Source of the DNA: a virus | Direction: 5' to 3' (one strand) | Virus record (IMG/VR): IMGVR_UViG_3300046171_000197 | Length of the DNA stretch: 64,000 nt | In this document: positions 19,927-27,988 of the stretch, in pieces | Layout of the letters: each line of letters begins with the position of its first letter | Numbering within the stretch: position 1 is the first letter of the stretch | Made by a program: the position numbers and the translations under genes | The notes under the pieces: generated by a model | Databases searched by the model: none | Seen by the model: the letters and a program-made list of their open reading frames with translations, nothing else | What the model was told of the DNA's origin: nothing

Positions 19927-20511
19927 ATGTCTGACATCCGATTTAATAACTGGAAACATCAATCGGGCACTGGAGGTGTCTCGCAAAATTCTGGTGGAAA
20001 TGTCGGTATCGGATCTACACTTCCATCATCAAAGCTTGATGTCGGTGGTGATGGTAAGTTCACTGGTGTTGTCACTGCGACTTCTTTTAGTGGTAGTGGT
20101 GCAAACCTAACTGGTATTGATGCTTCTGCAATTAAGTTTAGTGGAGCAGTTAAAGCACAAGCAAACAATAGTGGTGTTGTAATTACTGGTGTTGCGACTG
20201 CGACTAAGTTTGTTGGTGATGGTTCTGATCTAACTGGTCTTCCATCAGGCAGTGAATTTAAGTTTGGTACAGCAGGTATCACAACTGTCAAGAATCTTGG
20301 TATTCAAACCACTACAGTTGATAATTATGAAACAGTAGGTGCTGCAAACTCATTTAGAGGTATCTACATTGGTGATGGTTCACTTGTATTCAACGCAAGA
20401 CTAGATAATATCAATGGTTATTATATTGGAACTGGACGAAATGCATTGAATGCAGGACCAGTTACACTGGGTTCAACCATGACACTTGACGGTGCATGGG
20501 TTATCGTGTAG
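19927..20511 (+). CDS. Short tail-fibre module
   Basis: MSDIRFNNW; SFSGSGANLTG hinge; C-terminal NAGPVT..W.IV. Confidence 0.7.
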   Translation: MSDIRFNNWKHQSGTGGVSQNSGGNVGIGSTLPSSKLDVGGDGKFTGVVTATSFSGSGANLTGIDASAIKFSGAVKAQANNSGVVITGVATATKFVGDGSDLTGLPSGSEFKFGTAGITTVKNLGIQTTTVDNYETVGAANSFRGIYIGDGSLVFNARLDNINGYYIGTGRNALNAGPVTLGSTMTLDGAWVIV

Positions 20512-20523
20512 TATAGGGGAGTT

Positions 20524-21099
20524 ATGGGAACATTAAATTTAGGAAGTACACAAATATCAAGTAGTGGAACTACTATAGTAAGTTCTAATAATCTTAATTT
20601 AACTGGTAATCTTAATTTAACTGGTGATTGGGTTAACGCACCATCTGGAACTATAATTACTACTGCGACTGGAGAATTAGGTACCCAATTTTCTACATCA
20701 AATGATTCAGGACAAGACACTGGACTCCATACCAGTGCACTTGTAAGAAAATTAGCTGGTGGAACTGGAGCTGGAAAAAGTAGAATTATTGTTACTTTGC
20801 AAGGTGGATGTCGTGATGCTGACAGTAGTTCTGGACAAGATGTAACTGAACTTCATAAATCAACAAATGGTGGTTCAGATAGTTTTAGGGATTATATGGA
20901 TTCTCAATATAGAGGTAGTACATTTTGGAACGCACATTCTGGTATGCATATTGATACTGCGCCTGATAGTGCAGGTGCTAGTTTAGTATACAAAATGTAT
21001 CAGAGATCAAGAGGTGGTGGTACTACCATATATTTTAACAAGGTTGTTGGTGGAGTTACAGGTTCGGTTTATCTAATAGCACAAGAAGTTGTTAATTAA
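20524..21099 (+). CDS. Fibre tip domain protein
   Basis: Same tip family as 16716, 21487 and 22008 (SG.II..S.I.V..D.P..YK..EV). Confidence 0.6.
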   Translation: MGTLNLGSTQISSSGTTIVSSNNLNLTGNLNLTGDWVNAPSGTIITTATGELGTQFSTSNDSGQDTGLHTSALVRKLAGGTGAGKSRIIVTLQGGCRDADSSSGQDVTELHKSTNGGSDSFRDYMDSQYRGSTFWNAHSGMHIDTAPDSAGASLVYKMYQRSRGGGTTIYFNKVVGGVTGSVYLIAQEVVN

Positions 21100-21124
21100 C
21101 TTATAAATAACTAAAAATATAATT

Positions 21125-21484
21125 ATGAAATACGACATTGCATCAGCACTAACAGCATTAAAACCAGGAGCAGAGTGGACTCTTCGTGGAACGGAATACT
21201 CTGGTCTTGAATGGCAAGATAGCAGTCAGACAAAACCAACAGAAACAGAAGTCAATAGTAAGATTTCTGTACTTGATGCAGCAGAACCAATGAGATTATT
21301 GCGTATTGAAAGAGATATAAGAATTGCAAAGACAGATTGGAGAGCATCATCAGATGTAACATTAGCAGATGCTTGGAAAACATATCGTCAGGCACTTCGT
21401 GATATCACAACACAAACACCAAAGTTAGGATCTGATTATGAATTAGATTTAACATCCGTAACTTGGCCAACTGAACCTTCATAA
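21125..21484 (+). CDS. Tail fibre assembly chaperone
   Basis: LR.ERD..IAKTDW..W.TYRQALRDI..WPTEP. Confidence 0.8.
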   Translation: MKYDIASALTALKPGAEWTLRGTEYSGLEWQDSSQTKPTETEVNSKISVLDAAEPMRLLRIERDIRIAKTDWRASSDVTLADAWKTYRQALRDITTQTPKLGSDYELDLTSVTWPTEPS

Positions 21485-21486
21485 CT

Positions 21487-22008
21487 ATGTCATCAGAATT
21501 AAGAGTAGATAAAATAATTCCAACCAATGGTGTTCCTACTGGTGGTGGAGGAGGCATTATACAAGTTGTTCATTCATCAGCAACAAACGAAAACTCACAA
21601 GCAAACTCAGGAACAACTCAAACTACTTTAACTGATACTGGTTTATCTGCAACTATTACTCCAAAATTTTCTACTAGTAAGGTATTAGTGCTTGTTCATC
21701 AAACATATAGCATAGATAATGGCAATAATAATGTTCAGTTTCAGATAAATATGTTATTAAGAGATGGATCTAATAATGTCTTGCAAGGTGGAACGGGATT
21801 TGATTCACTTAGATGGAAGAATGGATACGCAGCTGCTGATGTCTATTGTTTAAATTTTTTACATTCACCCAATACGACTAGTGCTTTTACATATAAAATG
21901 ACAATGAATTATTATTACATGTCTGCTGGCAGTGGAACTTTAAAAGCACAACATAATAATCAAGCAAATACTAGAAGTGAAATGACACTTATGGAGGTCT
22001 CAGCATAA
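21487..22008 (+). CDS. Fibre tip domain protein
   Basis: MSSELRVDKI..GGIIQVV..ATITPKFSTSKVLV..SPNTTSAFTYK..LMEVSA. Confidence 0.7.
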   Translation: MSSELRVDKIIPTNGVPTGGGGGIIQVVHSSATNENSQANSGTTQTTLTDTGLSATITPKFSTSKVLVLVHQTYSIDNGNNNVQFQINMLLRDGSNNVLQGGTGFDSLRWKNGYAAADVYCLNFLHSPNTTSAFTYKMTMNYYYMSAGSGTLKAQHNNQANTRSEMTLMEVSA

Positions 22009-22544
22009 TGTCAGAATTAAGAACCAATCGAATCATACCAAGAGATGGATTAACATCTGGAACCTATTCTGGTGGTGGTATTATACAGGTAAAACAAGCA
22101 GTCAAGACTGATAGTTCTTTCTCAACATCTTCTACCAGTTTTACAGATATTACAGGATTAAGTGTCACAATAACACCGACAAGATCTGATAGTAAAATAT
22201 TAGTATTCATGGATGTTAAAATTGGAAGTACAAGTAATGTAAGTGGATTTGTGCGAATGGTAAGAGATAGCACTGCAATTTATATTGGAGATGCTAATGG
22301 TTCAGCACAAAGAGTAACTGCATGTAACTCTGATGATCCTTCTCAAGAATTCCCATATCAAATGACTGGTCAGTTCTTGGATAGCCCAGCAACAACTTCT
22401 GCAACAACATATAAAATACAAATAATGACAGAGCCTAGTGGAAATACTGGTACAGTTTATGTAAATAGATCAGGAAGTCTTGGAAGTGGAAACCAAGATG
22501 GTGTAACTGCCTCTTCTATTCTTGTGATGGAAATATCAGGCTAA
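22008..22544 (+). CDS. Fibre tip domain protein (tandem paralogue of the previous gene)
   Basis: MSELRTNRI..GGIIQVKQ..VTITPTRSDSKILV..DSPATTSATTYK..VMEISG. Confidence 0.7.
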   Translation: MSELRTNRIIPRDGLTSGTYSGGGIIQVKQAVKTDSSFSTSSTSFTDITGLSVTITPTRSDSKILVFMDVKIGSTSNVSGFVRMVRDSTAIYIGDANGSAQRVTACNSDDPSQEFPYQMTGQFLDSPATTSATTYKIQIMTEPSGNTGTVYVNRSGSLGSGNQDGVTASSILVMEISG

Positions 22545-22569
22545 ATAACTAAAAGGATATACTAAAAGA

Positions 22570-23143
22570 ATGAGTACCCTTAGAATTCACGGTATTGAGG
22601 CAAAGTCAGATCCTACTAGTGCATCAGTCAACGAAAAAATAAAAATAACAAATTCTAATGGAGAGTTACTACTTCACTTAGATGGAACTCAGTCGGGTAT
22701 TGGTACTGTTGGAATCACCACGACTGGAACAACTTTTCATGTAGATCGTGCGACAGGGGAAATAACTTTTGTAACTGATGCCAAGTTCAATGGAACTGTT
22801 GGTATTGCAGGAACATTAACATACGAAGACGTAACGAATGTAGATTCGATAGGAATATTAACAGCAAGAAGTGGAGTAAGAATTGGTACAGGTGGAACAG
22901 TCGGACCTTCTGGGTCTGGTATTGTTCACATACTTTGGTGATGGTTCACAATTAACAAACTTACCTGCAGGAGCACCTGTTGGTGGTGCATCAACGAACA
23001 CTGTGTTCTTTGAGAATGACAATTCAGTTGATGTAAATTACTCTATTACATCAGGTAAAAATGCGATGGCAGCAGGTCCTATCGCAATTAAATCAGGCAT
23101 CACGGTCACTGTACCATCAGGTAGTTTTCTGACCATCGTATAA
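22570..23143 (+). CDS. Short fibre module, reconstructed across a +1 indel at ~22925
   Basis: The 22570..22941 ORF continues as GIVTYFGDGSQLTNL into the 22883..23143 frame. Confidence 0.7.
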
Positions 23144-23165
23144 ATATCAGGGAGTAAAGAATCTT

Positions 23166-23738
23166 ATGCCAGTAACAATTAACGGAGATGGAAGTATCAC
23201 AGGACTCTCAGTAGGAGGTCTTCCTAATGGAACTGTGACTGCAAATACATTAGCTAGTGGATTAGCCACTCAAGGTATAACGATGGCTGATACTTTTAGA
23301 TTGACATCTTCATTTCAAGGTGATAAAGATCCATTAACACCTTTAGAAAGATCAGATGATTCTACCTCTGGATTTATTGGCACGGGAATGACATATAATG
23401 GTGGTATATTTACATTTCCAACCACAGGTATTTTTTACATTATTTTTGGTGCAGTTTTTTTCTACTCTGGAACAGATAGAGAAATTATGAATCAAATTCA
23501 TGTCTCCTCAGATAGTGGTAGTAGTTATGATGTTGTATCTATAGGAAGAACAAGCGTATTTGGTGCAGGTGTAAATACACAAGTTAGTTGTATGGCATCA
23601 GCAATGGTTGATGTTACAAATGCAAGCACTTTTCGATGCAAAGGTATAGTTCAAGTTGCAGACAACAGCGTTTATACTAATGCAGATACAAATAGTGATC
23701 AAACCTATTTGAGATTTATTCGTTTAGGAAATACATAA
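23166..23738 (+). CDS. Fibre tip domain protein
   Basis: Paralogue of the 17650 tip (ITMADTFR..FTFPTTGIF..FIRLGNT). Confidence 0.7.
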   Translation: MPVTINGDGSITGLSVGGLPNGTVTANTLASGLATQGITMADTFRLTSSFQGDKDPLTPLERSDDSTSGFIGTGMTYNGGIFTFPTTGIFYIIFGAVFFYSGTDREIMNQIHVSSDSGSSYDVVSIGRTSVFGAGVNTQVSCMASAMVDVTNASTFRCKGIVQVADNSVYTNADTNSDQTYLRFIRLGNT

Positions 23739-24424
23739 TGAGTAACATAAAATTAGTACATTCGGGAGGCAACAGTGTCTCTCTCACAACACCTGATACT
23801 TTGGCTGCAAGTAAAACTTTCAAGTTACCTGATGCCGACGGGAGTTCTGGACAATTTTTGAAAACTGATGGATCGGGTGCATTCTCATTCGCAAGTGAGA
23901 CAGCTGATTTTGTAAAAATAGCTACTGCGTCTTGGTCATCTGCTGTTTCAAGTGTGGCTATTGATAACCTAGATACAACAACTTACAAATATTTTAGATT
24001 ACTTTGGAATCATAAACCAACAGAACAGGGCAGAAGATTAAGTTTTAGATGGAGAAAAGATGGAAGTGATCAAACAACTGCTGCTTACGATTGGAACTTT
24101 GGAGAAACATATGGTTCTTCCACCACCACTCTTGCTGAGAATGCAGACAAAGGAGAAATAACAGATGATATGGGTTCCGATTTAAATGAAGGTTGTCAAC
24201 TTGAATTTGTAATTTATCCAAAAACATCTGCAGAATCTGGTTTTCATGGAAACACTGTATTTTGGCACGGTATTCATCATGAAAATGCTGGTTATGTTAG
24301 AGGTATTAATGGTTCCCTATTTTATGATGGAGGTACATCATATTATCCAAACGGGTTTAAATTGTATATGAATGTAAATAATATGGATAATGGTAATTAT
24401 GCTTTATATGGGGTAAAAAGATGA
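23738..24424 (+). CDS. Fibre stub plus tip domain
   Basis: IKL.HSGGNSVSL..LPDADGSSGQFLKTDGSG stub; ends YALYGVK. Confidence 0.7.
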   Translation: MSNIKLVHSGGNSVSLTTPDTLAASKTFKLPDADGSSGQFLKTDGSGAFSFASETADFVKIATASWSSAVSSVAIDNLDTTTYKYFRLLWNHKPTEQGRRLSFRWRKDGSDQTTAAYDWNFGETYGSSTTTLAENADKGEITDDMGSDLNEGCQLEFVIYPKTSAESGFHGNTVFWHGIHHENAGYVRGINGSLFYDGGTSYYPNGFKLYMNVNNMDNGNYALYGVKR

Positions 24425-24654
24425 ATAAATTAGTAAATGGAAAATTAGTAACCGTTTCCTCTGAAGAAGAATCTCTAATAGCTTCTGAAGAAGCAAAAGT
24501 TCTATCTGATGATGCTATTAATGGTTACAAACGAAAAAGAGCAAAAGAATATCCCTCAACAGAGGAACAATTAGATTACATCTATCATAATGGTATAGAT
24601 AAATGGAAAACTGATATTGTTGATCCAATAAAGAATAAGTATCCAAAACCATGA
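24421..24654 (+). CDS. Putative fibre chaperone
   Basis: YKRKRAKEYPSTEEQLDYIYH..IK.KYPKP. Confidence 0.65.
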   Translation: MNKLVNGKLVTVSSEEESLIASEEAKVLSDDAINGYKRKRAKEYPSTEEQLDYIYHNGIDKWKTDIVDPIKNKYPKP

Positions 24655-25854
24655 GCACATTAAAAGTAGACGCAATAAGACACAATAGTGCAACGAGTGA
24701 TGCAATCACAACAGCAGCAGATGGAACTTGCACTGCAAAATTAACTTCGATAGGAGGAGGTGGACTTTCTCATCGCAATATTTTCATTAACGGAGCCATG
24801 ACTGTGGCCCAACGTGGAACGTCGTCAACTACAAATGGATATGGTAGTGTTGACAGGTATTATATAGGTAATAGTGGTGTAGATGAAGCACCAACACATG
24901 CACAGGCAGACATCTCTGCTGGAACAACACCTTATACATTAGGTTTTAGAAAATCTTTAAAAATAACTAATGGAAATCAAACAAGTGGGGCTGGTGCAGC
25001 AGATTACATTTTTATTAACATGCCACATGAGGCACAGAATTTAGCACAATCTGGTTGGAATTATAAATCAAGTTCTTCTTTTATTACTTTATCTTTCTGG
25101 ATAAAATCAAGTGTTGCACAAAACTTCTTTTTTCAATTTGATGTAAGAGATGGAACACGAACAAAACTATGCAATGGAAACAGGATCTTTAACTGCTGAT
25201 ACTTGGACGAAGATAACAAAAGTGATTCCTGGTAATTCTAATCTCACTATTGATAATAATACTGGAGTTGGTGCATATGTTACTTTTGGTGTTTTTTGGG
25301 AACAAATTACACAGCAAGTATGTCTCTAGAAACTTGGGGTGCGGCTAGTGATGCGAGTAAAACACCAGATAATACTTCAACTTGGTACACAACAAACGAT
25401 GCAACCTTAGAAATTTACTGGTATTCAGTTAGAAGCTGGATCTATAGCCACCTCGTTCGAGCACCGTAGCTTTGGTGAGGAACTCTCGTTGTGTTATCGC
25501 TACTATTACAAACTAGGTAAGTTGGATTATATTAGTCAACATATGTCTGCTGGAGAACAATATTGTATAGGTATGTCTGATAATGATGATGTTAACATAT
25601 ATGGAATGATAAATTTTCCAGTATTCATGAGAACTCCACCAACAGGGATAGATCAAGCAGGAAGTGCTGGTAATTATCGAGTTAGACGAGACACAACACA
25701 AACTTGCACTGGTGTTCCAACTTTTATTGATGCAGCACATCATTATTGTAGAGTCAATTTTCCTAAATCAAGTCATGGTTGGGGAACTGGACAAATGTTA
25801 TGGTGTCAATCTGGTGGTTCAGGTAGTTACTTAGGATTTTCCGCAGAACTATAG
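24651..25854 (+). CDS. Tail fibre with a carbohydrate-binding-like domain, reconstructed across about three indels (~25150, ~25298, ~25415)
   Basis: Colinear with 18306..19715 once frames are switched: QNYAMETGSLTADTWTKITKVIPG..PDNTSTWYTT..TGIQLEAG..FEHRSFGEELSLCYRY. Confidence 0.7.
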
Positions 25855-25855
25855 C

Positions 25856-25884
25856 TTGACAAGTATCAAAAAATACTTTATAAT
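25856..25884 (+). promoter_or_regulatory. Consensus sigma70 promoter with a GTA-N8-TAC (NtcA-type) palindrome in its spacer
   Basis: TTGACA (25856-61), 17-nt spacer, TATAAT (25879-84). The spacer contains AAGTATcaaaaaATACTT. Confidence 0.75.
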
Positions 25885-25889
25885 AGAAA

Positions 25890-25988
25890 AGTCTTTAGCA
25901 TCCTTGTAGATTTGGGACTAGAGATACTTCCCTGTGGTGGGGGAAGTGTGTTGGTGGTAACACAAAGGGAGGGTTTCCTCCCTTTTTT
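25890..25988 (+). ncRNA. Candidate ~100-nt small RNA with two GUGGU-loop hairpins and its own terminator
   Basis: No ORF between promoter and terminator; three hairpins plus the AAGGGAGG-GTTT-CCTCCCTT-T4 terminator. Confidence 0.65.
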
Positions 25989-26024
25989 ATTTTTATAAAT
26001 CATTATTTAAGGCTAACAACAAAC

Positions 26025-26267
26025 ATGAATTTCACTGTGTTTTCTAAGGATGGATGTTCATATTGCGAGAAGGTAAAAAAGGTATTAGAGTTGACAAGTA
26101 GTAAGTTTGTGGTGTATACTTTAGGTGAACACTTTGATGAAAAAGCATTTATTGAAGAATTTGGATATGATACTACATTCCCACAGGTTGTGTGTGATGG
26201 TAAAAAACTAGGAGGTACAGTTGAAACAGTTAAGTTCCTCAGAGAACAAAAAATCATCTCCGTCTGA
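26025..26267 (+). CDS. Glutaredoxin
   Basis: SKDGCSYC CxxC motif and TFPQV cis-Pro motif. Confidence 0.9.
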   Translation: MNFTVFSKDGCSYCEKVKKVLELTSSKFVVYTLGEHFDEKAFIEEFGYDTTFPQVVCDGKKLGGTVETVKFLREQKIISV

Positions 26268-26433
26268 GCTAAATAAATCAAACCTCGAAATTAATCGTGG
26301 TTTTGAATTTATCCTCAACGCAGGTAAAAAGAAACAGGTGAAACCATTTTCATTTGTTTTTGATAAGATATTTAATTTCTTCAATCGAGAGATTGGTATC
26401 TACTTTGAATTTTCTTTGTCGAAAAGAAAATAA
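26221..26433 (+). CDS. Small hypothetical protein; true start uncertain
   Basis: ORF track; the start is probably downstream of 26221. Confidence 0.45.
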   Translation: MKQLSSSENKKSSPSELNKSNLEINRGFEFILNAGKKKQVKPFSFVFDKIFNFFNREIGIYFEFSLSKRK

Positions 26434-26451
26434 CATAACCCAAGGAGTATC

Positions 26452-26679
26452 ATGGATATTCAAGTCCTGACCGCACTTGCCTTACCTATTTCAATAATGT
26501 TTTTCCTACTCGGAATACTTATAGGTTGGGTAGCAAGAGACTATATGATGAATTATCGAGAGATTCCTAGACCTCATCCTGAGATGTTTGACATCAACGG
26601 AAACTTAGTACCAGATGAAATTGTAGCATTTAGATTTGAAAACAATTATGACAACGACAGCGAAGAAGACGACGACTAA
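26452..26679 (+). CDS. Small membrane protein
   Basis: AAGGAG RBS; N-terminal TM helix, then RPHPEMFD.NG..PDE motif. Confidence 0.75.
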   Translation: MDIQVLTALALPISIMFFLLGILIGWVARDYMMNYREIPRPHPEMFDINGNLVPDEIVAFRFENNYDNDSEEDDD

Positions 26680-27223
26680 AAAAGATCCACTTGAACTTCC
26701 ATTAAAACCATTTGCCTTTGAAGTATTTCACCTTGCATCAAAGCAAAGGTCGAAAGCAAAGAAAGTTGAAGTATTGAAAAGATATGAAGATCCATCACTG
26801 AAAGCATTATTCATATGGAACTTTGATGAAACTATAGTATCAGTTCTCCCGCCAGGTGAAGTGCCTTATACAGGATATGATGAACAGACTACGAATAGTG
26901 GAACTCTTTCAACTAAACTTTCACATGAAATTCGTAAGATGCATGAAACTGGATCTTTCTCATTAGGATCAAGTGATAAGCAAGGACATACCACAATTCG
27001 TAGAGAATATAAAAACTTTTATCATTTTCTTAAAGGTGGTAATGATGCACTAAATAATATTCGTCGTGAGACAATGTTTATTAATATTCTTGAGGGTTTA
27101 CATCCATTAGAATCTGAGATTATTGTCCTTGTGAAAGATAAGAATCTTGAATCTAAGTATAAAATTTCAAAAGATATTGTATCGGAAGCATATTCAGATA
27201 TTACATGGGGTGGTAGATCATGA
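26636..27223 (+). CDS. Conserved T4-like phage hypothetical protein
   Basis: LPPGEVPY..RRETMFINILEGLHPLE pattern. Confidence 0.7.
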   Translation: MKTIMTTTAKKTTTKKDPLELPLKPFAFEVFHLASKQRSKAKKVEVLKRYEDPSLKALFIWNFDETIVSVLPPGEVPYTGYDEQTTNSGTLSTKLSHEIRKMHETGSFSLGSSDKQGHTTIRREYKNFYHFLKGGNDALNNIRRETMFINILEGLHPLESEIIVLVKDKNLESKYKISKDIVSEAYSDITWGGRS

Positions 27224-27567
27224 CAACTAAAACTAAAATAGAACCAAAAGAGAAAAAAGAATTGATCTGGACAAGTCAGGAAAAAGAAAATCATAAGAGT
27301 GAATATGGTTGTGAGATTCTCGTAGAGAATGGAACTCTTGAACAAGTATCAGTAACAAATGCTCCGACTGATGCGTGTATCGTTACGTATGAATACAACG
27401 AGAAGGTCTGTCGTGACCTTACAAGAGGTGCAAGAGTGAAGTTGTTTGATATGTATTACGATAAGTTTAAAACTGGTCTGAAGATCATAGACTTTGGTAG
27501 AGGAACAATTAAACCTGCACTCTGGAAATATAATAATACACCGACCAAAACCAAAAAACGGAAGTAA
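27220..27567 (+). CDS. Hypothetical cyanophage protein
   Basis: ORF track; ATGA-coupled to the upstream gene. Confidence 0.65.
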   Translation: MTTKTKIEPKEKKELIWTSQEKENHKSEYGCEILVENGTLEQVSVTNAPTDACIVTYEYNEKVCRDLTRGARVKLFDMYYDKFKTGLKIIDFGRGTIKPALWKYNNTPTKTKKRK

Positions 27568-27692
27568 TTTCAAATATACCGCAAAAAAAACTCCCCAAAA
27601 TTTTTCGTGTGTAGGGTTTTCCCGAAAAGAAAATCAATTATTTAGATTAAAATACGTTTAAAAATGGGTTAAATGTAAAGAAACCCTTAAAA

Positions 27693-27708
27693 TGTAACAC
27701 AAATTACA
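27693..27708. promoter_or_regulatory. NtcA-type box TGTA-N8-TACA
   Basis: TGTAacacaaatTACA, about 8 bp upstream of the -35 element of the next promoter. Confidence 0.6.
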
Positions 27709-27715
27709 ATCTGAC

Positions 27716-27744
27716 TTGCATATATAGTATGAATGTGTTAGTAT
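27716..27744 (+). promoter_or_regulatory. sigma70 promoter; predicted start ~27751, at the first aptamer
   Basis: TTGCAT (27716-21), 17-nt spacer, TG-t-TAGTAT (27736-44). Confidence 0.6.
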
Positions 27745-27752
27745 TAACACAA

Positions 27753-27984
27753 CGTTCATCCAAATGTTAGAAGTTGCATTGCTATCTTCACTACTCACAC
27801 AACATGTTCTTGGACATTGGACAATGACATGTCAAGAGTGGAACCAAAATCGGGCAGAGATTCTCAGTGATGATAATCACATACCTGATGCTAAAGAGTA
27901 TCTTATAGATTACTTTTATAGCAAAGTAGAAGATAAGAATTGTAAACCTTACACATTAGGACGCAAGTAAGCCGACTCGGAACG
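27753..27984 (+). ncRNA. Glutamine-II (Downstream-peptide)-like aptamer 1 with an ORF in its P2 loop; variant 3' core
   Basis: 5' half CGTTCATCC (27753-61); 3' half GGACGCAAGTAAGCCGACTCGGAACG (27959-84). P1 is CGTTC/GAACG; P2 is TCCAAATGT/ACATTAGGA (8 of 9 pairs). Confidence 0.7.
27764..27970 (+). CDS. 68-aa microprotein nested in aptamer 1
   Basis: Hydrophobic N-terminus and two Cys; ATG in the P2 stem, TAA inside the aptamer 3' core. Confidence 0.7.
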   Translation: MLEVALLSSLLTQHVLGHWTMTCQEWNQNRAEILSDDNHIPDAKEYLIDYFYSKVEDKNCKPYTLGRK

Positions 27985-27988
27985 GGTT

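Noticed and set aside
8082-20720. Long minus-strand ORFs over fibre genes (for example 8082..8729, 9213..9593; likewise 52989..53630)
   Set aside because: They are antisense shadows of Gly/Thr/Val-rich, NNT-biased coding sequence, with no RBS, promoter or recognisable motifs.
10651-25854. Diversity-generating retroelement or invertase shufflon acting on the fibre array
   Set aside because: I see no reverse transcriptase, no template/variable repeat pair differing only at adenines, no recombinase and no inverted cassettes; all genes are on the plus strand.
25890-25988. tRNA, or a confident wcaG/manA/Yfr family assignment
   Set aside because: There is no cloverleaf, T-loop or CCA, and only a 5-nt loop resemblance to wcaG. 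It is left as an unassigned sRNA candidate.
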